DNA of 20,000 bases from Chiloscyllium plagiosum (GCF_004010195.1 NC_057753.1:7922809-7942808); one strand, 5' to 3'; positions 8,484 to 19,764 are shown, counted from the stretch's first letter. Notes: a model not told the origin generated them from the sequence alone. Translations and numbers: made by a program.

Positions 8484-9926
8484 CATAGAACATAGAACAT
8501 AGAAGAATACAGCGCAGTACAGGCCCTTCGGCCCTCGATGTTGCGCCGATCCCAGCCCACCTAACCTACACTAGCCCACTATCCTCCATATGCCTATCCA
8601 ATGCCCGCTTAAATGCCCATAATGAGGGAGATTCCACCACTGCTACTGGCAGGGCATTCCATGAACTCACGACACGCTGAGTAAAGAACCTACCCCTAAC
8701 ATCTGCCCTATACCTACCCCCCCCAGTGCCTCCACATCTTTCCTATAGTATGGCGACCAAAACTGCACACAATATTCCAGATGCTGCCGTACCAGAGTCT
8801 TATACAACTGCATCATGACCTCAGGAGTCCGGAACTCAATTCCTCTACCAATAAAAGCCAGTACGCCATATGCCTTCCTCACCGCACTATTTACTTGGGT
8901 GGCAACTTTCAGAGATCTGTGTACATGGACACCAAGATCCCTCTGCTCATCCACACTACCAAGTATCCGACCATTAGCCCAGTACCCCATCTTTTTGTTA
9001 TTCTTCCCAAAGTGAATCACCTCGCACTTAGCTACATTGTATTCCATCTGCCACCTTTCTGCCCAGCTCTGCAGCTTCTCTATATCCTGCTGTAACCTGC
9101 CATATGCTTCCTCACTGTCAACAACTCCTCCGACTTTCGTATCATTCGCAAACTTGCTCACCCAACCTTCTAGCCCCTCTTCCAGGTCATTTATAAAAAT
9201 GACAAACAGCAATGGTCCCAAAACAGATCCTTGCGGAACACCGCTAGTGACGGCACTCCATGAAGAAACTTTGCCATCAACTACTACCCTCTGTCTTCTT
9301 CCATCCAGCCAATTCCTAATCCAAACCTCCAACTCACCCTCAATGCCATATCTCCGTATTTTCTGCAGTAGCCTACCATGGGGAACCTTATCAAACGCCT
9401 TACTAAAATCCATATATACCACATCTACCGCTTTCCCCTCATCAACCTCCTTCGTCACCTTTTCAAAGAATTCAATAAGGTTTGTGAGGCACGACTTGCC
9501 CTTCACAAAACCATGCTGACTATCCTTGAACACATTATTCCTTTCCAGATGTTCATAAATCCTATCCCTTACAATTCTCTCTAAGACTTTGCCCACAATA
9601 GAAGTGAGACTCACCGGCCTATAGTTACTAGGGTTATCCCTACTCCTCTTCTTGAACAAGGGAACCACATTTGCTATCCTCCAGTCTTCTGGCACTATTC
9701 CTGTAGACAACGAGGACATAAAAATCAAGGCCAATGGCTCTGCAATCTCTTCCCTTGCTTCCCAGAGAATCCTAGGATAAATGCCATCAGGCCCAGGGGA
9801 CGTATCTATTTTCACCCTTTCCAGAATTTCCAACACCTCTTCTCTACATACCTCAAAGCCATCCATTCTACTTAATTGTGACTCAGTACTCACATTGACA
9901 ACAATGTCCCGTTCCTGATTGAATAC
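8484..9926 (-). mobile_element. Young 5'-truncated CR1-clade LINE, antisense, nested in the host CR1 RT, with an internal deletion
   Basis: (CATAGAA)x3 tail at 8484, a 3'UTR near-identical to 640-728, and an uninterrupted RT frame. The host resumes at ~9924 (tacatagaatttagcaac, cf. YMDFSK). Confidence 0.95.
8667..9926 (-). pseudogene. CR1 ORF2 reverse transcriptase domain (no APE domain, FADD changed to FAND, C-terminal deletion/frameshift)
   Basis: Motifs SPGPDG, NYRPVSLTS, QHGFVKGKSC, YMDFSKAFDKVPH, GVPQGSVLGPLLF, FANDT and DLGV are present. The first ~12 aa of the listed 8667..9962 ORF come from the antisense host copy, and the last ~19 aa are out of frame. Confidence 0.93.
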
Positions 9927-11099
9927 ATAGAATTTAGCAACGTCTTCCACCAGGTTCCGCATTGTAAACTGATTAGTAAGGGAGATTACATGGGAGCCTG
10001 GGAGAGACAGCTAATTGCATAAAGAAAGGATTTGATGGCAGAAGACAGAAGATGGATGTGGAGCGTTGTTGATAAGGTGGGAGGTGTATGAACAGAGGCG
10101 TGCAGTTTGGGTGAGTTATAGATCAAAGGATCCACAGTTGTTTCTCATTTGTATTAACGAGTTGGATACGTATATAGGATGTATGGTTCGTACGTTTGCT
10201 AATGATACCACAATTGGTGTAGTGTAGACAGTGAAAAAGATTATTTGAGAGTGGAATGAAATTTTGGTCAGATGGTCTAATGCACTGGAAAGTGGCAATA
10301 GAGTTAAATTTTAGATAAATGTTGATGATGTAATTTTTTTTGAAGGTAAATCAGGGCAGCAATTGCACAGTTAATATTGGGCCGTGTGGAGGGTTGTTGA
10401 ACAGAGGGACGTAAGGGTTCAGGTTCATAACTGTTTGAAAGCAGCATTGCAAGTAGACAAGGTGGTGAAGAAAGTGTTTGGCGTGTTTGCCTCCATTGAT
10501 CAGTGCATCAAGTGTAGTTGGTCCAAAGAAATTTTGCTATTACACAAGACGCTAGTGAGGTAGTTTTCGAAATACTGCGTACAATTTGGCTCGCTCTGCT
10601 GTAGGAAGGATGTTGTTAAACTAGAAAATGTGCACACAGCAAAACAAGATGTTGCCAGAGTGTTTGAGTTATTAGGAAAGTCTGCAAAGGCTGGGACCTT
10701 TTACACTGGAGTTTTGGAGGCTGAAGAATGACCGCCTAGAAGTTTATAAATTTAAAGGAATCCGAGACAAGTTTAAAAGCCAACTCTGTTTCCAAGGATA
10801 GGCAAGTCCAAAATAAGAAGGCATAGGTTGAAGTTGTGACTGGAAAGACTAAAATGGAGGTGAGGGACAATCTTTTCAGGTGGAAGGTGATGGTAGATGG
10901 GACGAGCTGCTAGACGAAGTGGCAGAGGCAGAAATAAAGACAGCATTTAAAAGAATACTGGGTAGATACATGCAGAGAAAATGTTTAGAGGAATATGGGC
11001 CAAACGATAGCAACGGAATTAGTGCACTTCAGAATTCCAGGTCAGCATGTCCGAGTTCGCCGAATGGTCTGATTCCCTGCTTTATGATTCTATGACTCG

Positions 11100-12645
11100 G
11101 CATTAAAAAGGAGGAGTTATGTGTTTTCAAAGACTTTAAGGCTACCAGTTCCCAACATCAGATGGGTTTTAGAATTCTGAGGGGCGTGATTTAAGAAATT
11201 GGTTGGGCCGTGCACAAAATATTTGTACCCGCTTTTGTCGCAGGAGATGTCCCAGAAGATTGGACTATTCCTTTCTCTAAAAAGACTAACAAGGAAAAGC
11301 AGAAAGTCACAGGCTAGTGAATCTCATGTCAGTGGTCTGAAGTTATTTCAGAAGATTCTTAGGGATAGGATTTGTTCTGAATTGTGAAAAAAAAATATTT
11401 ACTACTGAAAAGCAGTCTGACGTTATAAGAGATGGAGCATTCCTCAAACGCTTGATTGAGTTTTTTGAGGAAGTAACAAAGACGATTGATGAGAGCAGGG
11501 AGGTAAATGTTGTCTACATAGATCTTATCAGGACCTTAGGAAAGGTCCATTATGGCAGTCTGACGCCATAGATGAAGCCACTTGGAATCTGCAGCGACAT
11601 GGTGAGACGAATACGGAGTTTGCTTAATAATAGAAGACAGAGAAGCAATGTAAGGGATTTTTAAAATATAATATTGGAGACCTGTGACCAGTGTGTTCCA
11701 AAGGGATCAGCGTATACTTTTAACAGACATGAATGATTTGGAGTAGAATGTTGGGCCCTGACTTGTACGTTTGTGGAGGACGTAAAGATTGTGGGAGGTG
11801 TGAATAGTGGATAGGGTGTCGACAGGCTGGAGGATTGAGCGGAGAAATGGCAGATAGACTTCAATTCAGACAAAGAAAGATGCTGCATTTTGGAAGGTTT
11901 AATGCAGGAGGGAGGTATAGCGTAAATGTCAGATTTTTTCGCATTAGCAAAACACAAAACAATCTAGGCATACACTTGCACAGTTTCTGGAGATGGAACT
12001 AAAAGTGGATATGGTGGCTAAGTAGGTTTGTATCTTGTTTGTCTTTAGTAAGGTGGATATAGACATCAGCAAATCATATTTCAGCGGTAGAGAACTTTAA
12101 TACAAACACATTTAGAATACTATCAACAATTCTGGTTGCCACAATACTGGTAGCTGTTGGAGGCACTGGAGTGGGTACAGAAATAATCCTGCAGGATGTT
12201 GCCTCGTTTGGAGCCTATTAGGTAAGCAGAGACATAGGACAAATGTTTCATTATTTACTCAAACGTCAAAGGGTGAGGACCTACTTGCTTGAAATTTGCA
12301 GAAGTATGAGGGGCATGAATGGAATGAATCTCGGAGTTTCTTTTTCAGGGTATAAGAAAACAGTTTCTGCGTAACATAGGTTTATGTTATAAGAAGAAAG
12401 GAGATGTGAGAGGCAGGTTTCTTTGCACAGTTAGTGATAAATGAGGCAATGCGTTGCCAAAATGGAAATGGATATGGATACATCAGCAACACTTAAGAGG
12501 CATCTTGCCAGGAATGCAAAACGTCAGGGACTAGACGGATACCGGCAGAGTAGAGGCAAGTGCTACTGTTTGTTTAGAAATTAATTGTGTATCAGCACAT
12601 TCTCAGCGTTCCAAAGTTTCTGGCCCATTGCTGTACTTTGTCTAC
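11100..12645 (+). mobile_element. Old 5'-truncated CR1-clade LINE (RT to 3'UTR), heavily decayed
   Basis: Remnants IKKEEL, LIEFFEEVTKTIDESREVNVVYID (~11452-11523), TSVFQ/KGS, FVEDVKIVG, EKWQIDFN and HLEYYQQFW in the expected order, then a 3'UTR-like segment ~12585-12645. Confidence 0.85.
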
Positions 12646-12801
12646 TAACATCAAATTGTATATTCAATTCATCGATCATTTTAAGAATGCAGCATGTATT
12701 CTGATAGAGGGCCTCTTATTCAATTATGTAAGCCGTTATTTTCCCGTTGCAATCGTTATTCCCTTCAATGGTAAAGGATGGTTCTTAAATTTACGTATAA
12801 C

Positions 12802-13651
12802 ACTAAAGTCAGTAAAGTTCTGGATAGTGTCAACCGATTTTGAAGGTTACAGAGGGACATAGACGAGCTACAAAGCTGGACTGAGAGGGGATATATGGAA
12901 ATTCATGCGGGCAAGTGTGAGGTTATGCACTTTCGAAGGAGTAACAGGAATGCAGAGCACTAGGCTAATGATAAGATTCTTGGTCGTGTAGATGAACAGA
13001 GCGATCTTGATGTCCGTGTACATAGATCGCTGAGTGTTGCCACCCAGGTTGATTGGGTTTTTAAAAAGGCATACGCTTTTTTTAGTCGATGGATTGAGTT
13101 TCGTAGCCATGAGGTCATGCTGCAGATGTACAATGTTCTGGTGTTGCTGCATTTGGAGTGTCACATACAATTCAGGTCACCGCATTATAGGAAGCATGTG
13201 GAAACTTTAGGAAGGATTCAAAGGAGATTTACGAGTATGTTTCCTCGTATGGAGGGAAGGTCTTACGAGATAAGGCTGAGGGACTTGAAGCTGTTTTCGT
13301 TAGAGAGAAGAAGGTTGATAATGAGATGGTTAGATAGTGTGGGCAGTCAGAAACTTTTTCCTTGCATCGTGATGGCTTGCATAAGGGACATAATTTTAAA
13401 TTGAGGGGTGAGAGATATAAGACAGGTGTCAGAGATAGTTTCTTTACTTAGACCTTCGTAGTGGGAGCGTGGAACGGCCTTCTAACAACAACTGTAGACT
13501 CGCTAACTTTAAGGGCATTTAAATGATCATTACATAGGCATATGGATGAAAATGGAATACTGTAGGTTAGATGGGGTTCAGATTGGTTTCACAGTTCGGC
13601 GCAACATCAAGAGCCGAAAGGTCCGTACTGCATTGTAATGTTCTATATTCT
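12802..13651 (+). mobile_element. 5'-truncated CR1-clade LINE 3' portion
   Basis: RLQRDID and MLQMYNVLVLLHLECHIQFRSPHYRKHVETLGRIQRRFT...LFSLERRRL. The 3'UTR cggcgcaacatcaagagccgaaagg and tail gttctatattct are related to the young subfamily. Confidence 0.9.
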
Positions 13652-13659
13652 GTGTTAAC

Positions 13660-13920
13660 ATCGTTATTCTCACTTTACCAAATCGAACAGGCAATGCCTC
13701 AGGAATAACAATCACCAAACCTACGTACATCCCGTTTCTCTGGCAGGACCGGTCCACCAGTGGTGGCAGCACTTTGTTACACAGTAGGGAAAGGAGTTGC
13801 CATGAAAATCCTCAAAATTAAATCCAGAACATCAGAAATCTCATGGCCACTGATCAAATGTTGCCAAGGAAACAGAATGCTGGGAGATATCTGTTGCCGA
13901 CCTCACCACCTCTCAGTGAA
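13660..13920 (+). mobile_element. Decayed APE-endonuclease fragment of a different non-LTR family
   Basis: Remnants IVILT...ITITKPTY...QDRSTSGGST...GVA...EISW...CRP follow the APE motif order (I-T-E, I-P-G-Y, D-R..G-G-G, Y-R-P-P). The sequence is unlike the CR1 APE copies in this window. Confidence 0.5.
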
Positions 13921-14521
13921 AATCAGCAAAACTGCCTGGAACATAGATTTAGGTACAGGTCAGTCATGCGTACAATCTTTCATGAAAGGTCAGGAAGTGA
14001 CCATTGATGGTCTCCATGAACACTATTATTGATGCACAGAAGGCAGCCATTTGATATATCTCTGTCCTTTTACACAGGAATAAGGGAAGCCATTGATCCA
14101 CTGAGATTGTAAGAGGAACGTTAACCTCAGGGCATGTTATACTGGAAGAGGAGGAGGCCCAATATTCTCATGGCCCAATTATAATGAAAAGCAAAGAAGC
14201 AATTTAGCTTCTTGAGCATGTTTCACAATATAAAAACAGATGGAAGGATTGTTGCTTACAGAGAGTATAAGATGAGAAAAGCTGGAGACAAATGTTTCCC
14301 TCTCTCGAACTTCACACAGGAATAGCAGGAGGCCATCTAGTTTTGGAAACTTGCTTCACTGAGCAGCAGAACATCTTTCAACGACTTGATCAGAATACAC
14401 AAGGAAAGGTAGGCTCATTATTCCCTTCGGAACTGTTAGCCTGGATCAGGTATATATCAGTCAGGCCTCACAAGTATGATACAAAGTAACAGGAAGAGTG
14501 TTGGATTATTAAAGAAATGGG

Positions 14522-15160
14522 ACCTGTTAAGAAGGCATACGGTGTGTTAGATGTCATTCTTAGAGGGATTGAGTTCTGGAGCCGCAATATCATGCTGCAA
14601 CTATACAAAATGTTAGTGCGGTCATACTTGCAATATTGTGTACAGTTCAGGTCGCCATATTTCGGGAAGGATTTGGAAGCATTGGAAAAAGGTGCAGAAG
14701 ATATTTAGCAGCATGTTGCCTGGTCTCGAGGGCATGTCTTATGAGGAAAGGCTGAGAGACTTGGGTCTGTTCTCATTGGAAAGTAGAAGGTTAAGAGGGG
14801 ATTTGATAGAGACATACAAAAGGGTCAGAGGATTAGGTAGGGGAGACAGTGAAAGTTTTTTTCATAGGATGGTGACGTCAGCTTGTACGAGGAGGCATAA
14901 CAACAAATAGAGGGGTTATAGATTTAAGACAGATGTCAGAGGCAGGTTCTTTACTCAGAGACTGGTAAGGCGTGCAATGCCCTCCCTGATAATGTACTCA
15001 ACAATCCACATTGGGGAGATTTAAACAATCCTTGGAGAAGCACATGGATGTTGATGGGATAATGTAGGGGGACTAGCTGAGAATAGTTCACACGTCAGCG
15101 CAACATTGAGGGCCGAAGGGTCTGTTCTGCGCTGTATTGTTCTATGTTCTTTGTTCTATG
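14522..15160 (+). mobile_element. Moderately young 5'-truncated CR1-clade LINE 3' portion with (TTCTATG)n tail
   Basis: VKKAYGVL...MLQLYKMLVRSYLQYCVQFRSPY, then MLPGLEGMSYEERLRDLGLFSLESRRLRGDLIETYK after a frameshift. 3'UTR gagggccgaagggtctgt and tail gttctatgttctttgttctatg. Confidence 0.92.
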
Positions 15161-15164
15161 TCAA

Positions 15165-17095
15165 TGAGTCGGAACATTTCAAATTTGTATGGGGAGAGTT
15201 GAGAAATTGCAAAGTAAAACAGACCCTCATAGGAGCTGTGTACTGAATGACTAGTAGTTGTGAGGAAGACGGGCATAACATAAAGCACGAGTTGGCAAAC
15301 GGATGTAAGAAATGCACCATTACAATAATGATGGAGGAATTCAATATGGAGGTGGTTTGGGAAAATCAGTTTGGTAGGACATCTTAAGAATGGAATTCAT
15401 AGAATGCCTCCGGTTTGGATTTTTGGACCATCTTGTGATAGAGACTGCTAGGGAAAAATGAATTATGGGTTTCTTGATGTGCAATGAGGCAGAAATGATG
15501 AGGAAGCTAAAGATGAAGGAAATTCTCGGTGATGGCGATCACAGTTTAATGGATTTCACACTGCAGTTCTAGAAGAAAGTCATTAAATCAGATGTAACGA
15601 TATTCCAAAGATTAAAGTTAAGTATAAAGCCCTAATGGGAGGGCTATTCAGAACTGATTGGAAAGATAGCCGAGTAGGGGAAACGGTGGAACATTATTGA
15701 CAGGGATTTAGGGGGGTGCAGGGGGGACAATTCGCATGGCACAGCAAAAAATCACTCCAAAGAAGAGGAAACATATCAAGAGGAGACGAGACAAACGTGA
15801 CTGACAAGAGAAATCAGGGGAAGTATAAACTGAAGAGAAAAATGTTTAACATGTTGAATATGAGTGAAGAAACCAAAGGATTGGGAAGAATTTAAAAACC
15901 ATCAGACGATAATAAGAAGAACAACAAAGTGGTAAAAAACGAAATATGAGCGTTAGCTAGCTGGTCAAAAAAAAAAGATTTCAAATGTTTCTTCAGATAT
16001 CTAAAATGTAAGAGAGAATCAACATTAGACATTGGGCCGGTGGAAAATTAAGTTGGAGAAGTTTTAATACGGAAAAAGGAATGGCAGGGAATTGAATGGG
16101 TACTTTGCCTCAACCTTCACAGTGGAAGACACCATCAACACTTCGGAAATTTAAGATAGTCAAAGGTGACTGCAGTGGGTATTATCAAGGGCAACCTAGT
16201 GGAAAAGCTGAAGGTGGATAAATCACCCAAACTGCATATCAAAAGTCATTTGCCGATAGTTGAGGCGATTGTTAAAGCAAAGATAGTGACATTTCAGGAA
16301 TCACTGGAGCTAGGGAGAGATACAGAGGACTAACAAGTGACCAACTTTCAGAATAGGGCAGTCACAAGAAAGGAAAATGCAGATTTTCGAGTCTATTGAC
16401 AGGATAAGTTCACACTTGGAAGAGCATGGTAGAACAGAGCAGAGTCACAAGGAATTGTGAAGGGGAGGCCAAGCGTGCCTAAGCTGTTTGAATTCCTTTA
16501 AGAAGTAAGGAGCAATTAGAGGAAGAAGAATCAGTGCATGTGATCTGTTTGTATGTCACGAAGGTCTTTGACAAGGTGCCATAGAGGAGGCTGCCAAATA
16601 ATACAAGAGTCTCAAGGTGTTAGGGATATGGCATTTGCATGGAAAACACATTGGCTAACGGGTAGGAGGCAGAGAGTGGGGAGAAAAGGGGCATTTTTAT
16701 TCTGGAAGACGAGTGGATTTCCAAAAGGGTCAGTGCTGGGATTACGTCTACTTATGTTCCATTAACGATTCGGTTGAAGGCACAGGGAACGCTGTCGTTA
16801 TGTTTGCTAATCGTGCTAAGACAGATCGAGGTGCAGATAGCGTTGACGAAGCGGGGAGGCTGCAGAAGGACATGGACATGCTAGGTGAGTGGCAGTTGGA
16901 ATCCATTGAGGTCAAATATGACGTTCCACAATTTTGTCGGAAGAACTGAGATTTAAACAAATTTCCAAGGAGGGAAAGGCTTCCAGAATATGAAGCATAA
17001 ATGGGTTTGAGAGTCCCCGTTTAGGATTATCTTCAGGTTAGCATGCGGATGCATTTACCAATTCCAAATGCAATGTAATCTTTCATTTCAAGATG
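15165..17095 (+). mobile_element. Old CR1-clade LINE internal fragment (APE, linker, RT)
   Basis: VWGELRNCKVKQTLIGAVY, IMMEEFNMEVVW (cf. MGDFN), GDGDHSLMDF, NGYFASTFTVED, LKVDKSP, FDKVP, SGFPKGSVLG and FANRAK occur in order, with many lesions. Confidence 0.85.
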
Positions 17096-17159
17096 GTTAG
17101 ACGAATCGATATGCATTAAAATGCAAATCGAATTTTAAGTGATCAATGGTTTTCTTCGA

Positions 17160-18235
17160 ATAGCAGTCTTGCCTCGCTAACGTGATCACGTTATTTGAAG
17201 AGGTGAATTAGATTATTGATTAGAAAAAGGCTGTTGATATTGTCGATATGGACTTCAGTAAAGAATTTGAACGAAATCCCTCATAGTGGACTGGCACAAC
17301 AGGTAAAGGGAAATTCTTTCTAGGTGAGCTGGATACAGAACTGGCTTATGAGACAGAGGGGAGCAAAGAAAGGCCGCTTTCCAGAATTGAGAATTGTGAC
17401 TAGTGATTAATACACAGGGATTAATGCTGCGACCTCTGCTGTTCGTTCTCTACACAAATGATTTTAAGGAAAACGTAATTATTCTAATTACTAAGGTTGT
17501 GCTCACTAAAAAGATTCGTGGAGTTTCAGCTAATAAGGATGATTGTAAAACAATGCAGCAGGATATAGATCAGTTGCAGATGGGGTTTAATCCGGAAAAA
17601 AACATGAGGTGATGCATTTTGGGATGTAAAGTACAGGTGGAAATTATGCAGTAAATGGCAGAGCATTGATATGCAGAGTGGTCTGGGAGTGAAGGTCGAT
17701 ATATCACTGGTTGTGGCAGCGCAGATAGATAATGTAGTAAAATGGCATATGGCATGCTTGCCTTCATTGCATTACCATTGAGTAGAAGGACAGACAAGTC
17801 ATGCAGCAGCTTTATGCAAATTTATTTCGGCCGTACATGGAATATTGCATGCAGTTCTGGTCAACACACTGCCAAAATGATGTTGATGAGAGAAGATAGA
17901 AAAGATTTGCAGTGATGTTGCCTGGTAGGGGCGATTTTAGCTCTGAAGGAAGTTAGATAGAATAAGTTTGTTTACACTTGAACGCTGGAAGTTAAGGGAC
18001 GACCTGATAAACGTTTATAAGATTGCAAATGGCATGAGTACAGTGGAGAATATGAGTCATTTCCCACGGTGGACAGGTCAATTTTTAGTATGCACACATG
18101 GAAGCTGCGAAGCTGACAGAGCATTCTAAAAGGAGATATGCGAGGCAAGTTTTTCACACAAAGGGTATTTAGTGTCTGGAACACATTGCCAGAGGGAGTG
18201 ATGAAAGCAGATATAATAGCAGCATTCAAGACAAT
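17160..18235 (+). mobile_element. Old CR1-clade LINE RT/C-terminal fragment
   Basis: KAVDIVDMDFSKEF (~17227-17268), QGLMLRPLLFVLYTND, YMEYCMQFWS and MRGKFFTQRVFSVWNTLPEGVM...FK. The 3'UTR is missing. Confidence 0.85.
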
Positions 18236-18549
18236 ACATGATCAGAAAGGCAAAGCATGCGTTGATCACCTTTCCTTTTTTCTTATCTTTTGTATTCGAA
18301 ATTTTGATTCTTTTTTGTTTATTTTTAAGATGTTGCGGGAGAGTTGGGACCCTATGGAACACATTTAACGGTATTTTATACTAATATACACGCGAGAATA
18401 AATACATCAAATAAATTTAAAATAAATCAAAACAAATTTTAAAAAAATGTTCTTTCAATTTGTTTGGAGACTGCGTTTTGAAAACAGCACCACGGAAATC
18501 AGTACAATTTCACATCTGACTTTCCATCATTTTCAATACGTGTTCCCTA

Positions 18550-19360
18550 CTCAGTTTAGAGTAGAATGCTTGGCCACTCAGACATGAGCTTCCAAGGACT
18601 AAAACCATGGCTGATCATTGTTCGCAGTCCTCTGATCTGACTGGCTTCCTGGACGAGGAGCTTCTTTAGTCCACAGACTTGTATTAAGCTTTCTCTTTAA
18701 AACATTCAAAGTTTTGACCTCAACTGCTTCCTGAGGCAATGAATTCCACACGCTAATGATATTCTGGGTGAAAAGGTTTCTCTTCATCTCAGTTCTAGGT
18801 ATTCTATTCCTATACCCATAGACTTTGATCCCTTCCTCCAGATTCTTTAGGCATTGGGAAATTTGTTCTTACTTTAGCTTCGCCAGACCAAATAAAATAT
18901 TATAGATTTCTATGAGATAGCCTCTCCTTTTTCTGAACACAGTGAATAAGCTTCTAATCGATCCAGTGTCTCTTTATTTGTCTGTCCCGTTAGCCCCAGA
19001 ATTTTCCCGAAACTTCCACAACACCCTTTCTCATATAAATGAGACGAAAACTCATCATTTTGTTTCGGAGATAGTCTTACCAAGGCACTGTACAATTATA
19101 CCAAGTCTTCCCTGTTCTTTTATCAGAATCCTCGCCCCATTAAGGCCAACATACTGTTTGCATGCTTAGATAAATACTGCTCCTGCCTACAGTTTTCAGC
19201 GAATGACGAAGAAGGACAACCATGTCTTGTTGAAACAGCCTTTGTTTTTTCTCAAAGTAGCATCATCCAGTCAATAAACTGTCTTCCTGATTTTGCTCTC
19301 AAAGTGGACAAAATGACATGTAAACATTATACTTCATTTGCTAAGTATTGGCCAATTGTC
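18550..19360 (-). mobile_element. Old CR1-clade LINE 3' portion
   Basis: Minus-strand MKRNLFTQNIISVWNSLPQEAVE, MYSALVR and QMKYNV remnants, with a 3'UTR-like catggctgatc at ~18606. Confidence 0.82.
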
Positions 19361-19510
19361 TGTGAGCCACTGTCAATACTGACACAGTCCACTAGGAGTC
19401 ACTGTATACACGGATAAAATTCTCATGATGGATGTACAGTAAATACTGAACTACTTCTTATGTACTATCATAAATACTGATACACCTCCTAAGCTAACAA
19501 AGTAAATAAT

Positions 19511-19763
19511 GTTAAAAAAACATACACGCAACACCAGGTAATGGTCCAATAGGTTTGTTTGGAAGTAGTAACTTTTAGAGTGCTTTTCCTTCATCATGTA
19601 GCTATGGAGCAGGATCATTAGATACAGTGCTATAAATTCTGAGCCTTATGATCGTTCTTTACGGATACCTTATGATGAAGAAGTATTCCTAAAGCTAATA
19701 CCTCCAAATAAACCTGTTGGACTATAACCTATTGTTGTGTGACTTATAACTCTGTTCACCCCA
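19511..19763. mobile_element. Imperfect palindrome of two inverted copies of a second Penelope-like pLTR type, with decayed hammerhead cores
   Basis: The left arm caacaccaggtaatggtccaataggtttgtttggaagta...ccttcatca is the approximate reverse complement of the right arm tgatgaagaag...aaagctaatacctccaaataaacctgttggactataacctattgttg. The inversion is directly visible; the PLE assignment is from recall plus the (C)TGATGA...AAAGCT layout. Confidence 0.6.
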
Positions 19764-19764
19764 T

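Larger units (their letters stand above)
4740..11098 (+). mobile_element. Old near-full-length CR1/HER1-type LINE (ORF1 3' part, ORF2 APE and RT, 3' tail) hosting four nested insertions
   Basis: Colinear remnants: ORF1 esterase (4745-4995), ORF2 start LNCNHFNASGL (5128), AETW (~5223), GNFKFPNI (~6263), DNPSIFHKYI...EILNDYFASVF (7825-8088), HGFVLGKSC (~8393), EFSNVFHQVPH (~9930), FANDT (~10195), and a 3'UTR with tatgattctatgactc tail ending at 11098. Confidence 0.88.

Noticed and set aside
8781..9584. Several + strand ORFs of 66-160 aa
   Set aside because: Antisense shadows of the CR1 RT frame.
8667..9962. 431-aa ORF as a functional RT gene, retron, group II intron or domesticated RT
   Set aside because: It is a 5'-truncated CR1 ORF2. 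The start lies in the antisense neighbouring copy, the catalytic motif is FAND, the C-terminus is deleted and frameshifted, and a CR1 3'UTR and tail follow.
13752..13772. CTCF-like motif ccaccagtggtggcagc
   Set aside because: Spacing does not fit the core consensus well, and it is explained as the DR..GG coding motif of a LINE endonuclease remnant.
16118..16124. Perfect RSS heptamer CACAGTG (also at ~18938)
   Set aside because: Both lie inside CR1 coding remnants with no nonamer at 12 or 23 bp.
19365..19500. Loosely repetitive actg/aatactga-rich stretch
   Set aside because: No consistent period or unit could be defined by eye; probably decayed simple-repeat DNA.
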